Assembly: GCA_024226335.1 (NCBI GenBank)
Contig: JAAELY010000266.1
Span: 9,515-73,514, forward strand
Direction of reading: 5' to 3'
DNA: 64,000 nt
DNA from: a bacterium
GTDB lineage: Bacteria; Myxococcota_A; UBA9160; SZUA-336
Part shown: positions 33,089-41,244 of the stretch, piece by piece
How positions within the stretch are numbered: position 1 is the first letter of the stretch
Layout of the letters: every line of letters begins with the position of its first letter
Made by a program: the position numbers and the translations under genes
Notes under the pieces: model-generated
What the model saw: the letters and a program-made list of their open reading frames with translations, nothing else
Told to the model about the DNA's origin: nothing
Database searches by the model: none

Positions 33089-35782
33089 ATGTCTGCAAAA
33101 GATTCAAAGCCATTCTACAAGTCGTCGGAGCAGGTTCCGCTTCCGCCAAAAGATGCCGAGGTCCTCACCACGTGTTGCGACTACTGCATCGTGGCGTGTG
33201 GACAGAAGGTCTACCGCTGGCCCGCCGACGGTCCCAACGGGGGCATGAAGAAGAGCGAAAATGCGCTCAACCGAGATTACCCATTGGCTCCGATGGTGGG
33301 CAACTGGCTTGGACCGAACCAGTTCACCCAGGCGATGCACAACGGGAAGCTCCACAATATTGCCGTCGTACCGGACGGCGACGCGACCGTCGTCAATGTG
33401 GGCGGAAATCACAGTATTCGCGGTGGTTGCATTGCCCAGAAGGTGTACAGCGAGAAGAAGCCGACTCGGGATCGCTTGAAGCACCCGATGATTCGCATCG
33501 CCGGGAAACTGACACCGGTGAGCTGGGACCTGGCCCTGGACGTCGCCGCCGAGGTCTCCAAGCACGTCATCAAGCACCACGGCGAAGACGCCTGGGCCCT
33601 GAAGTACTTCAGCTATCAGTTCTACGAGAACACGTACGCGCTCACGCGCTTGGCGTTCAAGAGCATCAATACGATGGCGGTCGCCCAGCACGACCACCCG
33701 GCGATCGTGGATGCGACTCCCGGCTGGACGGATATCGGCTACGACAGTTTCCCGTCGTCGTACGAGGACTTCCTGCACGCCGATTGCGTCGTGATCTCCG
33801 GAGTGGATCCGTTCGAGACCAAGTCGGTGTTGTGGAGCGAGTGGATTTCTCGGGGCATGATCGAGAACAAGACGAAACTCGTGATGATCAATCCCAGAAA
33901 GACGGTCGGCGTTGCCGCGGCCGAGAAGAACGGCGGTCTGCACCTGGATGTGAATCCCGGCTCCGATACCGTCGTACACATGGCGATCGAGCGTGTGATC
34001 CTGGAAAACGGTTGGGAGGACACCGAGTTCATCAAGAACTGGGTGAACAATTTCTGGGAGACCGATTCCGGTTTCGGTCAGGGAACCCGCAACACGCCCT
34101 GGCAGTGGCGAACCACCTGGGGGAAATTCCAGGTCAAGGACTTCGCCGACTGGAAGAAGTGGATTCTGGAGCAGGAAGAGTCCAAGCCCGATGTCGCTGC
34201 GGCGATTGCCGGGATCGACCCTCAGAAGATCTACAAGGCCGCAGAGATGATGGCCAAGCCGAAAGCTGATGGCGAACGGCCCAAGACCATGATCGCGATC
34301 GAAAAGGGCAACTACTGGTCCAATAACTATCTGAACACTGTTTCGATCGGTACGCTAGGCGTGATTCTCGGATGCAGTGGTCGCAAGGGACGTGGCATCA
34401 CTCGTCTGGGTGGCCACCAGCGCGGTGGGCGGAGCGGGGGCAAGTATCCGACCTGGAAGTCTCCCTACAAGATGCCCGGTCGGCGCCATCATCGGATCGA
34501 CCTGGACCGCTGGGTCGAAGATGGCCACGTGCGCTTTGCCTACGTCGTCGGTACGACGTGGATCCAGTCCATGGCCGGTTCGGGTGATCTGAAGCAGACT
34601 TTCCAAGCGAAGACTCGCGACAATCCGCATCAGATTCAGTCAGCGGATAAGCAGCACATCATCGATACGCTCAAGAAACGAGTCGAGTCGGGCGGGATGG
34701 TGGTCGCCCACCAGGATCTCTATCTCATCGAACCCATCGGTAGTGAATTTGCCGACATCGTGCTTCCTGCTTCGGGTTGGGGCGAGTCGGATTTCACGCG
34801 CTGCAACGGAGAACGTCGCATTCGCCTGTACTCCGGCTTCTACGATCCGCCGGGAGAAGCCTTGCCCGACTGGAAGATCGTTTCCATGTTCGCGAAGAAG
34901 ATGGGATTCGAGGGCTACGACTGGAAGGAGTCCAATGACGTTTTCGAGGAGACCTGTCGCTTCAGTCGAGGCGGTCGAACCGATTACAACGTCTTGCGCA
35001 CGGTCGCCAAACGGAAGGGCATGAAGACCCACGACCTGCTTCGGACCTACGGTACGACTGGATTGCAGTGTCCGCTGCTCCTCGATGGAGAGAAGATCAT
35101 CGAGACCAAACGACTGCACGATTTCGAACGCGATGATCTACCTGCCACGGGGCCAGCGGGGGTGAGCGTTCAGCGCAAGAACCTGATGGCCTTCAAGACG
35201 CACACCGGCAAGCTGAACCTGTTGAAGTCACCCTGGAATATCTGGTCCGATTTCTACGAGTTCATGCGACCCAAAGACGATGAGCTGTGGGTAACCAACG
35301 GGCGCGTCAACGAGATCTGGCAATCGGGTTTCGACGATACAGAGCGTCGTCCGTACATTCAGCAGCGCTGGCCGGACAACTTCCTCGAGATCCATGAGGA
35401 AGATGCGCGCGCCCGCGGCATCGAAACCGGTGACCGCGTCGAGATCGAGTCGAAACGCGTTCCCGTCCAAAAGGATTTCAATCTGGGCGTCAAGAGCGAC
35501 GATATGTGGTTCTCTGGTCTGATGAAGCGCAACCACATCAAGATCGTCACCGGAAAATTCGAAGCGGTGGCTATCATCACTCCGGTCGTGAAAAAGGGAG
35601 TGGTCTTTACGAACTTCCTGGACAAGAACCAACCGGCCAATAGCATCACGCCGAGGGTTCCGGATCCGCTCAGCATGAACTACCGCTTCAAGCTCTCATC
35701 GGGAACGGTCAAGAAGATCGGTGAATCCCCTTACAAGGACACCTACGCCCAGATGAGCCTCAAGAGGCGGAATATCGTTTAG
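33089..35782 (+). CDS. Molybdopterin (bis-MGD) oxidoreductase large subunit of the arsenite-oxidase/iodate-reductase (AioA/IdrA) clade
   Basis: 897 aa with no signal peptide of its own, consistent with TAT hitch-hiking on the Rieske partner. N-terminal Cx2Cx3C (TCCDYCIVACG) [3Fe-4S] motif characteristic of AioA-type enzymes. Molybdopterin oxidoreductase and C-terminal MGD-binding-like regions. Confidence 0.75.
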   Translation: MSAKDSKPFYKSSEQVPLPPKDAEVLTTCCDYCIVACGQKVYRWPADGPNGGMKKSENALNRDYPLAPMVGNWLGPNQFTQAMHNGKLHNIAVVPDGDATVVNVGGNHSIRGGCIAQKVYSEKKPTRDRLKHPMIRIAGKLTPVSWDLALDVAAEVSKHVIKHHGEDAWALKYFSYQFYENTYALTRLAFKSINTMAVAQHDHPAIVDATPGWTDIGYDSFPSSYEDFLHADCVVISGVDPFETKSVLWSEWISRGMIENKTKLVMINPRKTVGVAAAEKNGGLHLDVNPGSDTVVHMAIERVILENGWEDTEFIKNWVNNFWETDSGFGQGTRNTPWQWRTTWGKFQVKDFADWKKWILEQEESKPDVAAAIAGIDPQKIYKAAEMMAKPKADGERPKTMIAIEKGNYWSNNYLNTVSIGTLGVILGCSGRKGRGITRLGGHQRGGRSGGKYPTWKSPYKMPGRRHHRIDLDRWVEDGHVRFAYVVGTTWIQSMAGSGDLKQTFQAKTRDNPHQIQSADKQHIIDTLKKRVESGGMVVAHQDLYLIEPIGSEFADIVLPASGWGESDFTRCNGERRIRLYSGFYDPPGEALPDWKIVSMFAKKMGFEGYDWKESNDVFEETCRFSRGGRTDYNVLRTVAKRKGMKTHDLLRTYGTTGLQCPLLLDGEKIIETKRLHDFERDDLPATGPAGVSVQRKNLMAFKTHTGKLNLLKSPWNIWSDFYEFMRPKDDELWVTNGRVNEIWQSGFDDTERRPYIQQRWPDNFLEIHEEDARARGIETGDRVEIESKRVPVQKDFNLGVKSDDMWFSGLMKRNHIKIVTGKFEAVAIITPVVKKGVVFTNFLDKNQPANSITPRVPDPLSMNYRFKLSSGTVKKIGESPYKDTYAQMSLKRRNIV

Positions 35783-35789
35783 CGACACC

Positions 35790-35823
35790 GACGCGGAGTT
35801 CCGGTGAGCCGGAACTCCGCGTC
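35790..35823. terminator. Perfect 15-bp inverted repeat hairpin between convergent genes
   Basis: GACGCGGAGTTCCGG tgag CCGGAACTCCGCGTC. Located 8 nt after the Mo-subunit stop and 6 nt before the stop of the opposite-strand PhyH gene. No U-tract, so a likely bidirectional or factor-dependent terminator or REP-like element. Confidence 0.5.
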
Positions 35824-35828
35824 GGCCG

Positions 35829-36668
35829 TCACTTCGCTCCTTCACGCTCGTACAGGATGGGATTCAACGGGCTCGCGATCGGATCGCCGACCGCGCAACC
35901 CGGTGCCCAGCGCTTCTGATCGTATTCCTGGAACGCGTCGGCCGGTTCCGCGACGCGCATGTCTCGATCCATATAGATCATCGTCATGGCGGCGCGGGTT
36001 TCTTCGGTCTGGTTCGGGTCCGCCCGGTGGAACGTGAAGCCGTAGTGGAAGCTCACGTCTCCTAGTTCGTAGGGCTCGGCGACCACGCGGATTCCGGCCG
36101 CCGAAAGCGAAGCGGCGATCTCACTCTCTCCGCGCTCACTGATCCCGAAGCGCCGCCCGTGATCCGTTTCCTGGGTTCCCACTGCAAAGGCCAGGGCTCC
36201 CGCTTCGACGGACGTCGCCTGCAGCGGAATCCAGGCGGTGATGCTCAGTCCGCTCGACATCGGCCAGAAGAACTGATCGACGTGCCATGGGGTCGCTCCA
36301 CCGCCGGTTTCCTTGTAGAGCGCCTGGTCGTGCCACATGCGCACGCCTTCGCATCCCAGTAGTTCGTTGGCGATGCGCGCGCAGCGCAGGTTCAGACTGA
36401 AGGGACGGATGGCTTCGTGGCGCTCCCAGAGGTTCGTGATCTGGATGAAGGCCTGCGCGTAGGCGTTTCGCTCTTCCAGCGGGAGCACGTTCGGATCTTC
36501 CGCCGAAACGATGCTCGTGATCTGCTCTGCGAAAAACTCCAGAAGCTCCTTCGAGAAGACCCCGGGAAGCCGGATGAAACCATCGCTGCGATAAGCCGCG
36601 ATCTGCTCGGCGGAAAGAGAGTAGGGACGATCGAGTTCTTCCCGGAAACGCGCGGGTAGATCCTGCAA
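35829..36668 (-). CDS. Phytanoyl-CoA dioxygenase (PhyH) family Fe(II)/2-oxoglutarate oxygenase
   Basis: PhyH-family pattern with an HxD...H facial triad context (PWHVDQFFWP ... SFHYGFTFH). Confidence 0.7.
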   Translation of the reverse strand: MQDLPARFREELDRPYSLSAEQIAAYRSDGFIRLPGVFSKELLEFFAEQITSIVSAEDPNVLPLEERNAYAQAFIQITNLWERHEAIRPFSLNLRCARIANELLGCEGVRMWHDQALYKETGGGATPWHVDQFFWPMSSGLSITAWIPLQATSVEAGALAFAVGTQETDHGRRFGISERGESEIAASLSAAGIRVVAEPYELGDVSFHYGFTFHRADPNQTEETRAAMTMIYMDRDMRVAEPADAFQEYDQKRWAPGCAVGDPIASPLNPILYEREGAK

Positions 36669-36672
36669 CGCC

Positions 36673-37521
36673 CTAGGCTCCGCTCACCGGAGTCTCATCT
36701 TTGGGAGGTGGGGCGCCTCCGACGAGGATCGGGTACTGCCGATCGGGAGCATCGCAGCGGGTCCGCACGGCCTCGTCGCCAGTTCCCGTAATCACATGGG
36801 CACCGTCGGGTGCGAACTGGACGACGTAGGCGTTGCGCGGGCGGTCCGTCGTCCTATTCGGTCCGGTTTTGTGCGGCGTCAGCGATGAGAAGACGACCAC
36901 CCCGCCGGCACGGACCGGAGCGGCAATCATTTCATACTTGCTCTCGTCTCCCACGCAATCGAAACCGTATTCAGTCTGCTCATGGGCCCAGGTGCCGTCC
37001 CTGTGGTAACCCGGAATAACGACCGGACAGCCGTTCTGCTCGTCGGCATCCGTCAACGCTACCCAGCAGGTCAGATACTGCTGCGGATCCACGTAGGTGT
37101 AGCCATTGTCCTGATGCCACGGAAACTCTTCGGCCATCTGCGGTTTCTTGTACACCGTCTGGTCCCAGTAAAGACGAACGTCTTGGCCGACCAGGTCGTG
37201 CACCAGGTCGCTGAAAAAGCCGCTACGCGTCAACTCCCTGGCCTTCGGCGAGCGGGTCACCATATGTGGCGTGAACGTGATTTCCCCAGAGCGTGCGATG
37301 AACATCTTTCCGCCGAAGCGCTCGTCGAGCATCTCTTCGAACTTGCGCTCGAGTGGGTCGAGTTCGCCGCGCAGAGCCTCGATCGTGGCTGCGTCGAAGA
37401 CGTCTTCGAAGACCAGGAATCCCTTTTCGTCGAATTGCCTGGCCTGCTCCTCGTTGATCAGGCGGAAGGGTCCCTTGTGGTTCTCCCAATGGAAACTCTT
37501 GTTGAGTTCGTGCTTGATCAC
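36673..37521 (-). CDS. Phytanoyl-CoA dioxygenase (PhyH) family protein, second paralog
   Basis: FPWHQDNGY ... LTPHKTGPN. Sits 4 nt upstream of the first PhyH gene on the same strand. Confidence 0.7.
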   Translation of the reverse strand: MIKHELNKSFHWENHKGPFRLINEEQARQFDEKGFLVFEDVFDAATIEALRGELDPLERKFEEMLDERFGGKMFIARSGEITFTPHMVTRSPKARELTRSGFFSDLVHDLVGQDVRLYWDQTVYKKPQMAEEFPWHQDNGYTYVDPQQYLTCWVALTDADEQNGCPVVIPGYHRDGTWAHEQTEYGFDCVGDESKYEMIAAPVRAGGVVVFSSLTPHKTGPNRTTDRPRNAYVVQFAPDGAHVITGTGDEAVRTRCDAPDRQYPILVGGAPPPKDETPVSGA

Positions 37522-37710
37522 CGATCTCCTCCCGCGGCCATGGCAGCCACTTCAGATGGGCCACTCCTACCTCAGATCCTATCCCAAATACCCCTGATTC
37601 ACGGATCGGCAGCCCTCAGTGGTTGGCCGGGCGAAGTGGTAGGATCGCTAGAAGCGAATCCAAAACACTCAACGGCGTTTCGTTTCGCGCGTTGGAAGAC
37701 TGGAGTACTC

Positions 37711-38898
37711 ATGCGAACCGATCTCTGTGACCTCTTCGGAATCGACGTGCCCGTATTTGCCTTCAGCCACTGTCGGGATGTCGTGGCCGCAGTGACCAAC
37801 GCCGGGGGACTCGGGGTGCTGGGCGCACTCGCGTTTTCCGATGAGCAACTCGAGATCGAGTTGAACTGGATCGATGAGCACGTCAACGGAAAGCCCTACG
37901 GCGTCGACGTGGTCATGCCGGCCAGCTATGCGGGCAAGAGCGAGGGACTGGGATCTCGGGACGACAAGACAGGCACGGTCGATGCCGACGTCTTCAAGAA
38001 CATGATACCCGCGGAGACCCGCGAGTGGATCGAGGAGATCCTGCAAGAGTACGAAGTTCCGCCGCTTCCCAGAGGCTCGGAGCGCGACGAAGGGGTTGGC
38101 GGCGGTAGTTCCGGATTGCTCGGTTGGACTGAAGGAGGAGGCCGCGGTCAGGTCGCCATTGCGCTCGAGCATCCGATCTCTCTGCTGGTTAACGCTCTCG
38201 GACCACCTCCAAAGGACATCATCGAGCTCGCCCATGAGCACGGCGTCAAGGTGGCCGCGCTCACCGGCGCGGTGGAGCACGCCATTCGCCAGAAAGAACA
38301 AGGTGTCGACATCATCGTCGCTCAGGGAACGGAAGCCGGCGGGCACACAGGAGAGGTGGGTTCAATGGTTCTGCTTCCGGATATTGTCGATGCGGTTTCC
38401 CCGACACCGGTTCTGGGCGCAGGCGGGATCGGCAGCGGGCGACAGGCCGCAGCGGCTCTGGCTCTCGGAGCGCAGGGTGTATGGACGGGCTCGATCTGGC
38501 TCGGTGTCGCCGAAAGCGATATGTCCCCGGTGGTCAAGAACAAACTGCTGGCCGCCGGATCGCGGGACGCTGTGCGATCCCGCAGTCTTTCAGGCAAGCC
38601 CGCCCGTTTGCTGAGGACGGCCTGGACCGAGGCCTGGTTGCGCGATGATTGTCCCGGAACGCTTCCCATGCCACTCCAGTACATGGCCTGCGCAGAGGCG
38701 CAGACGCGAATTGGCCTGGCAGCGCGCAAGCCCGGGGCGAAGGCCCGAGAACTGGTGGGCATCCCGGTGGGCCAGGTCGTGAGCCGCATGGTCGACGAGG
38801 AGACGTCCGCGCAGCTGATCTATCGCTTCATGGAGGAGTTCATCGAATGCGTCGAGCGCCTCAATGGAATGCTGACGGCGGCGGAAGACCGCGGCTGA
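37711..38898 (+). CDS. Nitronate monooxygenase (NMO/2-nitropropane dioxygenase) family FMN enzyme
   Basis: FGIDVPVFAFSH, VVAQGTEAGGHTG and GAGGIGSGRQAAAALALGAQGVWTGS motifs. Start at MRTDL with a GGAG Shine-Dalgarno. Confidence 0.8.
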   Translation: MRTDLCDLFGIDVPVFAFSHCRDVVAAVTNAGGLGVLGALAFSDEQLEIELNWIDEHVNGKPYGVDVVMPASYAGKSEGLGSRDDKTGTVDADVFKNMIPAETREWIEEILQEYEVPPLPRGSERDEGVGGGSSGLLGWTEGGGRGQVAIALEHPISLLVNALGPPPKDIIELAHEHGVKVAALTGAVEHAIRQKEQGVDIIVAQGTEAGGHTGEVGSMVLLPDIVDAVSPTPVLGAGGIGSGRQAAAALALGAQGVWTGSIWLGVAESDMSPVVKNKLLAAGSRDAVRSRSLSGKPARLLRTAWTEAWLRDDCPGTLPMPLQYMACAEAQTRIGLAARKPGAKARELVGIPVGQVVSRMVDEETSAQLIYRFMEEFIECVERLNGMLTAAEDRG

Positions 38899-38962
38899 AA
38901 CTCCGTCCTGGAATACCTATCTTCCGTTCTGTAGACGGACCTGACGTGAAATCGAACTTCCG

Positions 38963-39820
38963 ATGACGGTGACTCTTTCCACATCTTCCCATCCGCGCGC
39001 GTTTGCGGACAATTGTTATGTGTATGCGGTTCTGTCCCGCCGGGCGCGCGGTGTGTCGATCGGGTTGAACCTGAACCCAGACAAGATCTGCAACTTCAGC
39101 TGTGCCTACTGTCAGGTAGAGCGTCGAGAACCTCAGATCGCAGCTGCGATTCAGCCAGAGGTCCTGAGACGCGAACTAAGGGATATGCTGGAGAAGATCT
39201 CTGCCGGGTTTTTCGACGAAGTCGTTCGCGAGCGCGGACTCGACGCCTCGATGGGCAGGGTGACCGAGGTCGGGATCGCGGGCGATGCCGAGCCCACGTC
39301 ATCGCCGGCCTTCTGCGAACTCATGATCATCACGCGCGAAGAGATCGAAGCCTCTGGGCTCGATCTGCCACTCGTGCTGTACACGAATGCCAGTCTTCTT
39401 CAGCGCGAGAAAGTGCAACGGGGAATAGCCGAACTGGATCGTCTGCACGGTGTCGTCTACGCGAAACTCGATGCGGGAACGGAAAGCTATTTCCAGCGCG
39501 TCGCGCAGACGAAGGTTCCGTTTGCGCGCATTCTGGAGAACCTCGCTTTGAGGGCCAGATCCGCAACGGGGCGCACCCAGATCCAGAGTCTGTTCTCGTG
39601 TATCTCCGGAGATCCACCGCCTCCCGAGGAGATTCAGGCCTATGGTGCGCGCCTCGCATCCATCGTCGACGGCGGTGGGCGCCTGGAGTCGATTCAGCTC
39701 ATGACCGTGGCGAGGCCCCCCGCTGAAGCGAAGATGACACCGCTCACCCGCGAGCAACTGGAGTCGATTGCTGCCGAGGTCCGGCGCCAGGTTCCCGGAG
39801 TTCCAGTCGAGGTCTTCTGA
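38963..39820 (+). CDS. Small radical SAM domain protein (function unknown)
   Basis: CNFSCAYC (Cx3Cx2C) cluster motif about 45 aa from the N-terminus. 285 aa, with no SPASM or auxiliary Cys cluster. Confidence 0.55.
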   Translation: MTVTLSTSSHPRAFADNCYVYAVLSRRARGVSIGLNLNPDKICNFSCAYCQVERREPQIAAAIQPEVLRRELRDMLEKISAGFFDEVVRERGLDASMGRVTEVGIAGDAEPTSSPAFCELMIITREEIEASGLDLPLVLYTNASLLQREKVQRGIAELDRLHGVVYAKLDAGTESYFQRVAQTKVPFARILENLALRARSATGRTQIQSLFSCISGDPPPPEEIQAYGARLASIVDGGGRLESIQLMTVARPPAEAKMTPLTREQLESIAAEVRRQVPGVPVEVF

Positions 39821-39865
39821 TCGCTCGATCGTATGGCGGTAGCCGAGGTCTGCGCGGCCCGCGGA

Positions 39866-40609
39866 TCAGTCCGGTTCGTTCGAACCCGTGATCTCGTCAA
39901 ACTTTCCGCAGTCGAGTGAAGTGTCGACCGGAACCGGGAACGAAACGTCGTGAATCGAAAGACTCCCGACGTCTTTGGAAGGGTCCAGTTCCCGCGCGTA
40001 CTCCAGGACCGAGCGTCGAGAACCCCCGAGGTGTACGGTGCCGTTGACGTCTCGCTCCATCAGGGCGACGAGTTTGCGCGCGACGATGGACACGGACTGG
40101 CGGCTCGTCCACTGATCTTCAAATGCCTTGGGAAACGGAAACTCATTGGGTCCAAACGAGGTCCGCACGATCAGCGACCGATCGTAGAGCCGGGCTGCAC
40201 ATTCTCCGCCCAGTTTCGACCAGGCGTATTTGTTGATGGGCGAGACCGCATCGTCTTCGACATAGTTTCCCCGATCGCCTTTGAACACGTAGTCGGTGCT
40301 TATGTAGATCAGCCGACAGGCGAATCCGATGCACAGCTTTACGATGTTCGCCGTGCCGATCAGATTGGCATCCAGTGCGGACTGTGGATCTTCTTCGATA
40401 CGTGGTGGCGAGGTGAAGGCTGCCGCGTGAACGACCAGGTCGACTTCGCGTCCGGTGCCGTAGGCCTCAACGCTCTGCCAGTTCGAGACGTCGAGTTCGC
40501 TGGACGACGGGTACAGAGCGTCCGGGAGGAGTCCCCTCATCTCCGTTCCCAGGAGTCCACTTCCGCCTGTGAACAGGATTCTGGACTGGGCCGGCAAGCC
40601 GACGCTCAC
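39866..40609 (-). CDS. rmlD: dTDP-4-dehydrorhamnose reductase
   Basis: RILFTGGSGLLG Rossmann motif and a YxxxK region (YAWSK). Probable GTG start overlapping the rmlC stop (GTGA). Confidence 0.7.
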   Translation of the reverse strand: MSVGLPAQSRILFTGGSGLLGTEMRGLLPDALYPSSSELDVSNWQSVEAYGTGREVDLVVHAAAFTSPPRIEEDPQSALDANLIGTANIVKLCIGFACRLIYISTDYVFKGDRGNYVEDDAVSPINKYAWSKLGGECAARLYDRSLIVRTSFGPNEFPFPKAFEDQWTSRQSVSIVARKLVALMERDVNGTVHLGGSRRSVLEYARELDPSKDVGSLSIHDVSFPVPVDTSLDCGKFDEITGSNEPD

Positions 40610-41244
40610 AACTGGCCGAGTGCGAACTGTTCGGAGCGCTCGTCCTGGAGCCACGCGTCCAGACTGAGGCCTTCCCGATCCTTGTCCGTCATCAGGGGTT
40701 TGGAGTTCGCGATCCGTTCGAAGCCCTTTCGGAGTTCCGGATCGCACAAGGACCAGTCGATGTCCGCCGCCAGCGGCGAGATTCCAGCTTCGCAGCCCGG
40801 GCTGTACTCACCGGAGCACATGTACTCGATGACCGTATTCTCGGAGAAGTAGTTTCCGTGAGCAAATCCCGGGGGTACCCAGATCCACTCGTGTGAGTCC
40901 GCCGCGGAATCGGTCGGCATGTCGTAACAGATGGCCTTTCCCAGCGTGGCCGAACCCTTGCGGATATCGAGCACGATATCGACCATTCGGCCCGAGATCG
41001 TGCGGACCAGTTTGCCCATATAGGGGTTCCACTGAAAATGCAGCCCGCGAATACAACCTTCCCGAGAGAAGCTCTCGTTGGCCTGCACGAACTCCACGCC
41101 TCTCATGAATTCGAGGTCGGCGTGGCCCTGAAAATCGCTGCGTCGGAAGTGTTCGGTGAAGTAGCCGCGATCATCTGCAAAACGACCGAAGCGGATCACC
41201 TGAACGCCCTCGAGTGCCAGTTCTTTGACGTCGAGTAGCTTCAC
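40606..41244 (-). CDS. rmlC: dTDP-4-dehydrorhamnose 3,5-epimerase
   Basis: RmlC cupin motifs (RGLHFQ, VPPGFAHGN) across the full length. Confidence 0.85.
   Translation of the reverse strand: MKLLDVKELALEGVQVIRFGRFADDRGYFTEHFRRSDFQGHADLEFMRGVEFVQANESFSREGCIRGLHFQWNPYMGKLVRTISGRMVDIVLDIRKGSATLGKAICYDMPTDSAADSHEWIWVPPGFAHGNYFSENTVIEYMCSGEYSPGCEAGISPLAADIDWSLCDPELRKGFERIANSKPLMTDKDREGLSLDAWLQDERSEQFALGQL

Noticed and set aside
32518-35782. Straightforward annotation as arsenite oxidase aioBA
   Set aside because: The architecture fits. However the locus lacks aioSRX, cytC or ars genes and instead has two cytochrome c peroxidases, the hallmark of described iodate-reductase loci. The specific aio gene symbols were therefore withheld and the enzyme is reported as AioA/IdrA-clade pending phylogeny.
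36982-37710. N-terminal extension of the 638-aa ORF containing the NMO gene
   Set aside because: Antisense to the second PhyH gene. The NMO homology begins at MRTDL (37711), which has its own ribosome-binding site.
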